From assembly GCF_006345805.1 (NCBI RefSeq), contig NW_021835345.1, forward strand, positions 1 through 40,594: DNA of 40,594 bases. The letters run 5' to 3'. Every line of letters begins with the position of its first letter. The stretch's first letter is position 1. A model generated the notes under the pieces. The model was not told where the DNA came from. It did no database searches and worked only from the letters and a program-made list of their open reading frames with translations. The position numbers and the translations under genes were made by a program. Of this stretch, positions 24,243-35,358 are shown piece by piece. The DNA is from Octopus sinensis. Its lineage: Eukaryota.

Positions 24243-24310
24243 TTTTGTCTTTTACTTGTTTCAGTTATTAGGCTGCGGCCATGCTGGAGTGCCGCCTCGA
24301 AGAACCTTTC
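24243..24310 (-). mobile_element. SINE family A 3' terminus
   Basis: CTTTTACTTGTTTCAGTTATTAGGCTGCGGCCATGCTGGAG. Confidence 0.7.
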
Positions 24311-24382
24311 CATTGAACAAATCGAACCAGGACTCACTGACTACTGTCACTTGCTATTGACACGACCCTCCACCGACCCTCC

Positions 24383-24550
24383 AAGAAGAAGAAGAAGAAG
24401 AAGAAGAAGAAGAAGAAGAAGAAGAAGAAGGAAAGAAGAAGAAGAAGGAAAGAAGAAGAAGAAGAAGAAGAAGAAGAAGAAGAAGAAGAAGAAGAAGAAG
24501 AAGAAGAAGAAGAAGAAGAAGAAGAAGAAGAAGAAGAAGAAGAAGAAGAA
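24383..24550. repeat. (GAA)n polypurine tract, about 168 bp
   Basis: Direct reading, two GGA interruptions. Confidence 0.97.
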
Positions 24551-24719
24551 AAGAAGGATACTTGGTTATTTGTGCCTAAAGTATTGTAAATATCGATTTC
24601 TCTTGAAAACCCCCAAAAAGTTTCTTGTTGCTGTTATTGTTCAGGTCGCAATTAATCCTTGGTTACAGACATGATAAAAGACTCTCCAACATGTTTTTTT
24701 TTAGTTTTAAATATATTTA

Positions 24720-24910
24720 AGCCATGGCTGTGTAGTTAAGAAGCTATCGTGGCGGCCATGTTGTTTGGGGGTCCAGTGTTGGTTTATTTGCATCTCGGTA
24801 ACTTTGTTAGAAAGAAGAAAAAAAAGAAAACTAAGTACAGGGATTAATTTGTTCGACTTAGACATATCAAGGCGGCACAAGTGCAGGCCTATGACTAAAC
24901 CAGATAACAG
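24720..24910 (+). mobile_element. SINE family A, diverged and internally deleted
   Basis: TGGCTGTGTAGTTAAGAAGCT head joined to CCAGTGTTGGTTTATTTGCATCTCGGTAACTT and GATTAATTTGTTCGACT. Confidence 0.55.
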
Positions 24911-24942
24911 AAAATTATCTACACACATACATACATACATTC

Positions 24943-25019
<77 letters not shown>

Positions 25020-25111
25020 CAACAATTGAGGGTAAAATTAATTAATTAATCAATTTCACCAAGTATTCAGTATGCAAAGGGACCATTTAAGGCGAATTCA
25101 AATTATTACAT

Positions 25112-25503
25112 TATATAAAAGGGCTTAGTAAAATAAATTACTTTGCCGCATACTGAACTCATTAGAAATAGCAGCCAAAAAAACCTTTTCTAAAACTATT
25201 TCTAATACTTAAGAAAACCTCTCTCATATAGTGTTTGCTCAATTCAACTCACGGAAGTATGGGGGTAGAGACATTAAAAAATCAAATGCAAAGGTTTGCA
25301 TTTGATTTTTTAATGTCTCAAATGCAAACCTTTGCATTTGATTTTTTAATGTCTCTACCCCCATACTTCCGTGAGTTGAATTGAGCAAACACTATATGAG
25401 AGAGGTTTTCTTTAAGTATTAGAAATAGTTTTAGAAAAGGTTTTTTTTGGCTGCTATTTCTAATGAGTTCAGTATGCGGCAAAGTAATTTATTTTACTAA
25501 GCC

Positions 25504-25513
<10 letters not shown>
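25112..25513. repeat. Near-perfect fold-back palindrome (arms 25112-25305 and 25318-25513, 12-nt spacer)
   Basis: Arms are reverse complements; the only differences I found are two 1-bp homopolymer indels. Confidence 0.95.
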
Positions 25514-25545
<32 letters not shown>

Positions 25546-25557
25546 CATATGCATGAA

Positions 25558-25783
25558 TACACGAGGGGCGTTGAAAAAAGATCCAGTCTTTAAGAGCATG
25601 ACCAAAAGCCTGGTTGAAAACACAACATTCCGAGTTCTTTTACAGGGCTTAGAAAAGCTGAGGGCCTGCTGCAATAAGTGTGTGGATCTGAGGGGAATAA
25701 TTTGAATAAAACCAATAAAACGATAATCAACGGATCCCCCTGGATTTTCTTTTACTCAGGAACTTTCTTTAGTGGTACTCATA
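25558..25783 (+). mobile_element. Internally deleted mariner (irritans-like TIR, transposase C-terminus)
   Basis: ACGAGGGGCGTTGAAAAAAGATCC ... GGAACTTTCTTTAGTGGTACTCATA degenerate TIRs; LQGLEKLRACCNKCVDLRG resembles the mariner EGI.KL..RW.KCV...GDYVE end. Confidence 0.65.
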
Positions 25784-26019
25784 TCTTGAATGCCTTTGAT
25801 ACACCTGCTCACACGACGGAATTTAGGCCTAAAATTCGAAGTGCGTCATATACATTTGTAGCATATTATATACATGAATTTTTACGATATATATTCTTTC
25901 TTTTTTTTGTAATTAGGCACTGGTCCAGTAATTAAGGGATGTGTTAGTTGCTGCCATTTATCCTTGTAACTGATTGGTATTGTTCTTTATTGAAGCGATT
26001 GAATAAAAGTTGACCGCGG

Positions 26020-26235
26020 TGGGGTGAGAACTCAGAACAAGAAGAACCGGAAGTTATACCATAAAGAATTATATCCGATTTGCTGCTAATTCTGCCAGTC
26101 CCCTGTCCATTTTAATAATTGCTTTTAATATAAACACACATCCAGTAATTTGGAAGAGACGGGGTAAGTCGATAACGCTAACCCCAGTACTTGACCCTGA
26201 AAGTATGAAATGAAAGTTGACCTTGATGATTGGCA
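26020..26235 (-). mobile_element. SINE family B, highly diverged
   Basis: GAACTCAGAACAA...TCTGCCAGTCCC and CCCCAGTACTTGAC...GAAATGAAAGTTGACC. Confidence 0.5.
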
Positions 26236-27440
26236 CACCAGAGACATAGAGAGAGAGAGTGAGATAGAGAAAGCAACAGACAGACAGAAAGAGAGAGGTG
26301 TAGGAAGAGTGAGACATCCGTTGGTACTTCTGTTATTTTCTATCTACATTAAATTATTTTGATGTATAGAGGGAAATAGCTCCTGTCAGAGATTGAAACC
26401 GCCATAAAATCTCAATATTTCTTGCAAACTTTAACATTGATTTTAATTTTTCCTGCAGAATGAGGTTGTTGTTGTTGTCATCGTTGCTGCTATTTAGTCC
26501 TAGATACATCCTGAATGAATAGACCTTTGATCAAAGCAGCGCAATGATGAATGGCAGACTTTTGACCAACGGCTGGCTTTTATGATCAAAGGTTGACCGA
26601 TGATCAAAGAAATTTCCGATATCTAAGACTGCATTATGTCTTTCCTTCTTTTAAAGATCATGGCCTACCATTCTAGATATATTTGGCTGCTATTTCTAGT
26701 ATTTAGAACGACACTATCGAAGCATTATCATTCGTCAATCCTGTTAGTTTCTACACACAAAATATTAAAAAATAAAAAGAAAACATGTATTCATTTTTGG
26801 TTTTATTTTTTAATGTCTTACTCGGGGGAAACAGGACAGCGTTCTTAATCCTATTAGTAAGGGCCTGGTCCATATCCGGTCATGACGGATAAAGGCAGGA
26901 AAAACAAAGGAAACTATACGAATAATGAGTTGCTGTGGTTTCAATGACTGTAAGAGAGTGGACTCGACATCCAAAGAGAACGCGATGTTAAACTGAGCAA
27001 CAAATGAAATCTGCCACTGGAATGTCGCGCCAATAAAAATGAGCCTGTATGGTCTCTTGATCTGTTGTAATCCGCAGCTAAATTTATGTTAAATTATTCC
27101 CTACGCAACATGAAACCGGAGGAAATCATGTTGGGTAATGAAATTCTTGACATGAAATATCCGAGAGAAAGACAAACTATCATCGCTGGAACGCATTTAC
27201 TGAAATGTCTTTTTAGTGACAAGTATGATCGGCGAATGGAAATAAATGTCGCTACCATCGCGAACACTAACTTATCTTCGTGAACTGATCTTAGTTAATA
27301 TCTCGTCAGCGTCTATGAGGCCTGTGTTTTACAAGTATTTAACTAAAATTGATAGTGTAGAGATATGAGGCCAAACACACGAATGTGTCACGGAAAAAGA
27401 TTCCAGACTGTTTAAGCGAAAACTACGAATTAGGACACCA

Positions 27441-27471
<31 letters not shown>

Positions 27472-27605
27472 AGGTTTTAAATCTCCCCTAGCATATGACT
27501 GGTACTGTATTTAATGTGCTTGCCACCCTCTTGCATTTCTCGAACAGGTTTAAATATTGATCCAATTTTTATCTCTCCTCGGCTTGTGTATAATCTTAAA
27601 TGATC

Positions 27606-27752
27606 CAGGCGTGGTTATGTAGTAAGAAATTTGCTTCTCAGCCGCATGGTTCCGTGTTCAAATCCACTGCAAGTATCTCCTACTATAACCTCGGGCCGAC
27701 AGAAGCGCCGTGAGTGAACTTGGTAGGCGGAAACTGAAAGACGCTCGCTGTG

Positions 27753-27755
<3 letters not shown>
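27606..27755 (+). mobile_element. SINE family A, 5' part
   Basis: CAGGCGTGGTTATGTAGTAAGAAATTTGCTTC...CTCGGGCCGAC...GGAAACTGAAAG. Confidence 0.75.
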
Positions 27756-27814
<59 letters not shown>

Positions 27815-27830
27815 TATATATATATAATAC

Positions 27831-28206
27831 AGTATCGCCCGGCGTTGCTCAGGTTTGTAAGGGAAATAACTATAAAGCATTTTAGAGGTTATAGCCAAAA
27901 AATAGCCAAAAAATAAAAAAATGATGGTAATTTTTTTTTTGAGAGTAAAAAAGGTTGAGTTGCGTCCCCTAGACAGTCTGTGGTTTGTTTTTTTTTATTC
28001 TCGACCCCATGTCGAATTTATCGATTTTTTTCAGAACTGGGGGAACTTTTCAAAATTTTCGCTGCGTTAGTTTTGAATTATGACATTGGGCTATGTGTGT
28101 GTCAAGTTTCATCAGAATCGGTTGAAAGCCGTGGTCAGGGTGAGGGTACGAGAAAACAGACACACAGAACACGCACAGACAAACTGCCGTTTATATATAG
28201 AGAGAT
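27831..28206 (+). mobile_element. Non-autonomous Helitron/Helentron-like element (Lep1/DINE-1-like layout)
   Basis: 5' GTATCGCCCGGCGTTGCTC motif; 3' GTCAAGTTTCATCAGAATCGGTTGAAAGCCGTGG, ACAGACACACAG microsatellite, then GTTTATATATAGAGAGAT; inserted in (TA)n. Confidence 0.65.
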
Positions 28207-28265
28207 ATATATATATATATCTATATATATATATATAATAATATATATATATATAATATATATAA

Positions 28266-28468
28266 GCGTAGGAGTATCTGCGTAGTAAGTAGCTTGCTTA
28301 TGAACCACATGGTTCCAAGTTCAGTCCCACTGCGTGGCACCTTGAGCAAGTGTCTTCTACGATAGCCTCGGGCCGACCAAAGCCTTGTGAGTGGATTTGG
28401 TAGACGGAAACTGAAAGGCGCCTGTCGTGTGTGTGTGTATGTGTGTGTGTATGTGTGTGTGTGTGTGT

Positions 28469-28508
<40 letters not shown>

Positions 28509-28692
28509 TCCCCCAACAGCGCTTGACAACCGATGCTGGTGTGTTTGCGTCCTTGTAATTTAGCGGTTCGGCAAAAGCGACCGATAGAATAAGTACTAGG
28601 CTTACAAAGATTAAATCCTGGGGTCGACGTCCTCGCCTAAAAGGCGGTGCTCCAACATGGCCACAGTCAACTGATTAAAACGAGTAAAAGAG
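28266..28692 (+). mobile_element. SINE family A, full length
   Basis: All family A blocks in order, with an internal (TG)n. Confidence 0.9.
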
Positions 28693-28764
28693 CATGTTGG
28701 TACAAACGGGACAAAGAACTATAAAGATGTGCATATGTGTATGTGTGTATGCGTGCGTGTGTGT

Positions 28765-28980
28765 GTCCCCCACACTACCACTTGACAACCGGCGTTGGTG
28801 TGTTTACTCCCCATAACCTAGTAGTTCGGCAAAACAGACCAATAGAATAAGTATCAGTCTGGAGCTGATTCATTCGGCTAAAAGTTCCTCCAGACGATGC
28901 CCTAGCATGGCCAAAGTCTACTGACTGAAACAAATAGATGACTTATTTATTGACTGAAACAAATAGATGACTTATTTATT
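28765..28980 (+). mobile_element. SINE family A 3' half ending in a perfect 29-bp tandem duplication
   Basis: TGACTGAAACAAATAGATGACTTATTTAT at 28922-28950 and 28951-28979. Confidence 0.75.
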
Positions 28981-29129
28981 CATATTAATCTGCCTGCATT
29001 TATTTTGTTATCTACCCTAGATGTGTAAACGGCAGAATTCGAACACAGAACCTCAGTACCGCCAAACGCTCTGTCTGCTGCTCTAATGACTCCACCTATC
29101 TACCGTACCATGTCAGCAAAATAATAACG

Positions 29130-29540
29130 GCCTTGTAGACTACGACGAAATCACCACGTTAAAATGTCCACGACGAAATCACTATGTTGAAAATCAACTT
29201 TCATGGTTTTCCTAAAAGCAATAGTAGCAAAATTGATACGAAGCCTTTGCATAGAAAATGGAACTAAATCACTGATTTTTATTGGCAGTGTTATTATCTT
29301 CTGTCTATAGTGTATGACCTCTCAAGTATACCCGATACGAAGAACGTAACTATATATTTACTCCATAAACGCTAGAATAAATACTTCTAAACTCTCACCA
29401 AAAATTCACTAACTCATATCATTTTTAACAACAACTTTTTCTGCATCAATTTTAGCCGAGAAGACCTTCTAACTTTTCCCACAAGTTAGTATTCGGTGCT
29501 ACTCTTAAGGGCAAATACTTTCCATCTGACGAAACTTAAT
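29130..29540 (-). mobile_element. Possible decayed Mutator-like (MULE) remnant
   Basis: ACGACGAAATCAC repeated twice near 29139-29195 (subterminal-type repeats); minus frames give DGK(V)F-PL...PN and eroded DFE...FHF motifs. Weak. Confidence 0.35.
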
Positions 29541-30469
29541 TTTCGATGCTATCATTAACAGAAAAAATTTGTGAAAAGATGTTTGAGTGAAAGTCTGCAA
29601 TCTTTTACAAAAAGCTCGGCCTCTAATACTATTCTTAACAGCAAATCCTTTATTTACATCAATATTAACAGTGAAAACCTTTTAAGAATTTTTACTAAAA
29701 CTCGGTATCTGATATTATTCTCTATTTCTTATTTCTTGTTTTGCGAAATCTATTCTAACCAACGATTCTTGGTTCTTAAAGACAAGCTGCTTGAGCAAAA
29801 TAAAATAACATAAAGAGAAAAAAGAAGAAATAATAAAATATAGTCTTTTGTACGTGATACGCATATACATATATAGATGATACGTAGAAGAAAATATCTC
29901 ATGATACATTACATGATATTCTGGCTTCTTCTAGTGAGATAAACATGATTTATTTAGTGATATGTTCTTCACCCAGATCAATACATTATCACACATTTTG
30001 AACGACTTATTTACCTTTCCTATAAAAAATAATAAACATAAGAAATATTCTTTCGTTCTTATCCTTAGATAAATAATATCAATTTCAAATATAATCTGTT
30101 TGTTGTTGGCTGTTTCAATGGGTTTTTTTTTTACATATATTTTTTTTATTAATATTATAACTATTCCTTCATATTAAATCAGTAGAGCAACAACATATTG
30201 ACCAGCAATGATAGAGGATATGTACGAGATATATAGATTTTCGATTGTCTCGTAGATATTGTGTTCTCGTTACTCATGGCTCACGACTCGTTATGTAAGG
30301 TCTCTATACACAAATGCAGAAATTATTCAATGTACGAAATGTAGCCGTTTCCTTTTTCATTATACATTAATCAAAAATATTATTTATTTTCTCTTCTTTT
30401 CTCGCTTCTAGTATGATGTGTTTGTGCACGATGTCGCGTGTGAGTGAATATTTGTGTGTGTGCGTATCT

Positions 30470-30850
30470 ATGTAACACACATACATACACGCACACACAA
30501 CACACACACACACATATATATATATTACGTATACATATACTTATATATGTATATATATACTTATATATGTATATATATATATATATATATAATATTATAT
30601 ATATATATATAATATATATATATATACACAAATATATATATATATATATGTGCATATACTTACACACAAACCTATATATATAATATATATATAAACATAC
30701 ATATATATATTATATGTATGAATATGTATATATATATATATATATATGTGTTTGTGTGTGTGTGTATATATACGTATATATATAAATATATGTATATGTA
30801 TATAATATATATATATATACGTAAATATATTTATACATATATCTATATAC

Positions 30851-30896
<46 letters not shown>

Positions 30897-31100
30897 ACAC
30901 AAACATATGTACATAGATATATATACGTGTGTGCCCATATCGGTATGTGTGTATTTGTGTGGGTGCATCTATATGTATACATACATGCATGTAGTTATGT
31001 AGTGTCTGTGTGTTTGTGCGTGAGTGCGTACGTGCGTATGTGTGTGTGTGCATATGTGTCCTATATATGTATGTGTGTATGTCTGCATGCGTATATTTGT
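30470..31100. repeat. Long compound (TA)n/(CA)n/(TG)n array
   Basis: Direct reading; comparable arrays at 5670-6250, 7080-7420, 9390-9760, 10020-10460, 11215-11465, 12330-12580, 17470-17640, 19215-19550, 22900-23540, 40190-40480. Confidence 0.95.
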
Positions 31101-31544
31101 ATTTCAAGCGGTTAGTCTCATTAATTAATCATCATTTGCGGCTCAGTAATGATAAGCCGTCACAATTCACACAAATCCAGGAAGCCTGGCTAAATCGGTG
31201 CAGCGATGTCTAGTCTGATAAACGGTCTTGCGGTATATTTAACTACACCTCCTTATGTTCCCAGTTCAAATCTCGCCTAGATAAGAGATATGGTGTTCTA
31301 ACGAGATCATGTCATGGGTGAGCCAACTTAGGCTTTTTACTATATAACAGCCCTTTTTCAAAATATATGGCCATGTGCCTACGTGAAGAATCGCTATTCA
31401 AATGAATCACGAGGGGCATTGAACAAAAGAAGATGCTGTGTTCGTCCTTCGTTTCCGAAGAGGAACAAAACTCTACTAGCTAAATGCTCATATCCCTTTT
31501 TAACGGGTATCAACAAGAGAGGTGGCAGCCTTGCAGATAACCGA

Positions 31545-31594
31545 ATATTCGTCACTGATTCTGTCTTTCCTACACCCTCCGTGATTTGTCATAC
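31545..31594 (+). repeat. Left copy of 50-bp direct repeat flanking the RTE (right copy 34104-34153), each followed by (CATA)n
   Basis: ATATTCGTCACTGATTCTGTCTTTCCTACACCCTCCGTGATTTGTCATAC vs ATATTCGTCTCTGGTTCTGTCTTTCCTACACCCTCCGGGATTTGTCATAC, 3 mismatches in 50. Confidence 0.9.
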
Positions 31595-31660
31595 ACATAC
31601 ATACATACATACATACATACATACATACATACATACATACATACATACATACACACATAC

Positions 31661-34103
31661 ATTATGGCTGCCCCTTCGTTATCGAGTATGGCTATTGCAC
31701 GAAGCTTAACTGTTACAGGTGCTGTGATCGAATGTGAATTTTTAGCCCAGCTAAAGATCTACAATGTCTTGTACAAAATTGGCAACTAAAACCTTTACTG
31801 GTAATAGCCGGCTGTAGTTGTAACTGGGCTTCATGTACCTTTGCATGTCGTTTAAGTCCTCCTGCCGAATTACACTCTCTTCCACATGCCCGACAGATAT
31901 GATTAGCATGGTGTGTTACACCACCACCAGTGGCCAGTTTGTCACTCATCTGTCTCGTTTTATGACTACGAAGATGACTCATGAGTCCAGCTTTATTGAG
32001 GCAGGGTCTTGCACAGACATTGCATGTCAGAATCAAAGGAAGACCCTTCCCTTCTGGAAGTGTAACAGCGATGCCCTTCCTGACATCCCTCCTTACTCTC
32101 TCATGTGCAACTCGAGATTTCTCAAACGTGGCTGTTCCCTCATACACAATCCTTCTCCACCTGCTACGATCGATAGCTATGCCTTCTCATGTGTCAGGAG
32201 AGATGCAAGCATCTCTTAAGGAAGCCTTCAGCAAGTCCTTATACCTCTTTTTTGGTTTATGTGGAGGTCGTTCTCCTTTAGCTAACTCTCCATAAAAGAG
32301 TTGTTTTGGCATCCTTGAATCCTTCATCCTGACCAGATGACCACTCCATCTGAGCCTTTGCTTTAACACAAGAGCTTCTATACTTTCACACCGAGAGCCT
32401 TCGAGTATTTCAAGATCACTGATGCGGTCCTTCCACGTAATGCTATAGATCCGTCTGAGGCACATCTGATGGAAACGTTCCAGTTGTTTAAGGTGGTATC
32501 GATATGTGACCCACGTCTCGCAGGCAAAGAGAAGAGAAGGGAGCACACATGCCTTGTACACCTTTATCTTTGTCTTTCTGCATATGTCTCACCGACTCCA
32601 GAGGCGCTTTTCTATCCTTCCGAAAGCAACACTTGCTTTCCTAATTCTATATGGAATTTCATCATACACATTGCCATATCTATTAATAGTGCTTCCCAGG
32701 TAGACAAACTGATCGACTACATCAAGTCGTTTACCATTCACATAGATATTTGGTACACTATACTGCTTACCAGGGGCAGGTTGATGCATGACAACAGTTT
32801 TCTTGAGATTGAATGTCAATCCTAAGACAGTGCAAGCATCAGAGAATGCATTCAAAATGTGTTGCATATCAATCTCTGTGTGCGCTACTAGCTCACAATC
32901 ATCAGCATACAAAAGGTCTCTTATGATAGAGGTAAATACCTTTGTTTTTGCAGCAAGGCGCCTGATATCAAATATGCTGCCAGAGGTTTGATAATGGACG
33001 TAAACACCGTATCTGCAGTCTCTGAATGCAATACAGAACACCATCGCGAAATATATGGACAATAGGGTCGGTGCCAGAATATCCCCCAGTTTCACTCCAT
33101 TTTGTATTGAAATGGGCTCCGACATCTTCCCTCTAACATTAACCCTACCCTTCATGTCTTCATGAAAAGACCTAACCAAAGCAAGGAAATTTTCAGGACA
33201 CCCAAGTTTCTGGAGGACTTTCCACAATGCTTTTCTATTGACGGTATCAAAGGATTTTGCCAGGTCGACAAACACCTGATACAAATTCAGACCCTGTTCC
33301 ACACAGTTTTCCTGAAGCTGTCTAGCTGAAAAGATCATATTAGCAGTGCCACGTCCCACACGAAAGCCAGATTGACTTTCTGGAAGAACACAATCTGCAA
33401 TGTATTTCAGCAGACGATCCAGGAGTATCCTGCATAAAACCTTTCCGACAGCAGACAGCAATGATACTCCCCTATAATTACCACAATCATTCCTGTTGCC
33501 CTTTCCCTTATACAGGACCACCATTACTGCATCTCTCCAGTCCTCAGGTACAGATTCACTAGTCCATACCTTACCAAACAAAGAGTGAAGTTTCTGCAGA
33601 ATTTTCTCACCACCATGCTGTAACAACTCCGCATGTTTGCCATCCATACCCGGAGATTTCTCATTATTCAACCTTGAGACAGCCATTGCAACTTCTTCCA
33701 ACTTTGGTGGTTCTGCGAGTGCTGCCTTCACAGGCAATCCAGGGATGAGATTGAGAACATCCTCACTAACTACAGACTGCTCATTCAAAAGTTCATCAAA
33801 GTGTTCTTGCCACCTTCGCAGAATTCCTTGTGAATCACGAAGAAGTTCTTTACCATCCCTGCTTCGAATTGGTGTCATCAGGGAAGACGTCGGTCCATGA
33901 ACTTCTCGCAAGGGACCATACAACAGCTTTGTGTTATTGGAATCTGATGCCGTCTGTATCTCGTCAGCCTTCTTACTCCACCACGTAACCCTCATCTGAG
34001 AGAGCCTTTGCCTCACACGTGATTTTACGTCCTTGAGTTCCTTATGCAACACTTCCCTTTCCTGTGGCTTTGCTGACAAATAGCGTGACAAAGTACGTCT
34101 TTT
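31661..34103 (-). mobile_element. RTE/BovB-clade LINE, 5'-truncated (no APE domain), with short 3'UTR and (GTAT)n tail
   Basis: RT motifs KSPGMDG, NYRGVSLL, QSGFR, DLAKSFDTV, GVKLGDILAPTL, LLYADD, FVYLGS; RTE-typical C-terminal KQLFYGEL; 3' end CTCGATAACGAAGGGGCAGCCAT then microsatellite. Confidence 0.97.
31713..34103 (-). pseudogene. RTE ORF remnant: reverse transcriptase plus three C-terminal C2H2 fingers; single frame, two internal TGA stops (32589-32591, 32187-32189)
   Basis: The three track ORFs (32589..34331, 32187..32561, 31713..32147) are in the same frame; read-through gives WSR*DICRKTKIKVYKACVL and PDT*EGIAIDRSRWRRIV; ends TAA at 31713. Confidence 0.92.
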
Positions 34104-34647
34104 ATATTCGTCTCTGGTTCTGTCTTTCCTACACCCTCCGGGATTTGTCATACACACACATACACACACACATACATACATACATACATACATACATACA
34201 TACATACACACATGCATACATACATACGTACGTACATACATACATACATACATACACACATACATACACACATGCATACATACATACGTACGTACATACA
34301 TGTATATACACACACACACACGTACACACATATATATATATTCTTTTATTTTTATATTTTTTTATATGTTACAGCCTTGAAGACGCGGCCATTGCTGGGG
34401 CAACGCTATCCTAATCATTTTATTAATTGTCCAAATCTATGGGTTGGCTTCTGGTGAAAGAGGGAGTTCGATATATATAAATATATATATATGTATGTAT
34501 ATATATATAGTGAGAGAGAGAGACATGTGTGCGTAGAGAGCGAGGGAGAGAGAGAAAGAAAGAGTGATAGAGCAAGGAGAGAGAGAGAGGAGAGAATGAA
34601 AGAGTTCTTGTGCAGTTGAAAGCCCTTTCGGATTCATGGTTTGTGAT

Positions 34648-34693
34648 TAGTATTTCGCCTGGCGCGCTAACGTTTCTGCCAGCTCGCCGCCTT
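34648..34693 (-). mobile_element. SINE family B head fragment
   Basis: AGTATTTCGCCTGGCGCGCTAACGTTTCTGCCAGCTCGCCGCC. Confidence 0.7.
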
Positions 34694-35204
34694 GGAATGT
34701 AGCCATTCATCTTAGAAATATATTCTTTATTCTTATTGCTTGGGGCGTTACTTCTTACTTCCCCACTTACTGACATTAAATTTCGTGACATTTTACGCCA
34801 TAGCTCCTTTTCTACTAATTTTTGTTCAATGCAACTAACAATTCTGAATTCCTCATGCATTTTTCTATCATTAAATCTAAGAAAAGTATACTTTTATTTT
34901 AAAATTTAAAAAATTATGTTACTTGAAGATGAATATCTGCCTTACTGCCCACCTTGAGGTGTGACATATTTTGAAGTAACTTTTTTTTACTGAACCGAAT
35001 TAGAAACTACTTACGCCAAAGTGTAGCTGAGCAGGTGTCCCCTTTAAAACTATTAACAGTTTGCAATTTAGTTGAGAACTGAATTTGTGGTGAAGCTTGG
35101 AAGCTATTGCAATTGACGAAATGGTGGTCTTAATAATATCTTCAACCACTGCCGTGGTTGAATGATATGTGTGTCTGTGTGTGTCTGTGTGTATACAACA
35201 GACA

Positions 35205-35358
35205 TCTTTCATCTGCCGTCTACCAAATCCACTCAAAAGAATTTGGTCGACTCGTGGCTATAGTAGAAGACACTTGACCAAGGTGCCACACTGTAAGACT
35301 GAAACCTGAATCATGTTGTTGGCAAGAAAATGTCTTACTACACAACCACGCATGCGCC
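35205..35358 (-). mobile_element. SINE family A, 5' part
   Basis: CCGTCTACCAAATCCACTCA...GACACTTGACCAAGGTGCCAC...CTTACTACACAACCACGC. Confidence 0.75.

Noticed and set aside
26440-26520. Acceptor plus MRLLLLSSLLLF signal-peptide-like start
   Set aside because: Stops after 20 codons; the leucine run is a (GTT)n from a dispersed repeat.
31185-31345. Pol III-like A box (TGGCTAAATCGG), B box (AGTTCAAATC) and T-run
   Set aside because: Spacing is long and there is no second copy or fold to support an RNA gene or SINE.
31713-32147. Host C2H2 zinc-finger gene
   Set aside because: It is in frame with the RT, has no TGEKP linkers and is followed directly by the LINE 3' end.
32187-32591. Selenocysteine read-through of the RTE TGAs
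   Set aside because: The positions correspond to Trp/Arg-type residues, not Cys, and the 3'UTR of about 50 nt shows no recognisable SECIS.
32589-34331. 580-aa ORF as an intact gene starting at 34331
   Set aside because: The N-terminal about 75 aa is (TATG)n microsatellite plus the duplicated target sequence; the true RTE sequence starts at about 34103 and lacks the endonuclease.
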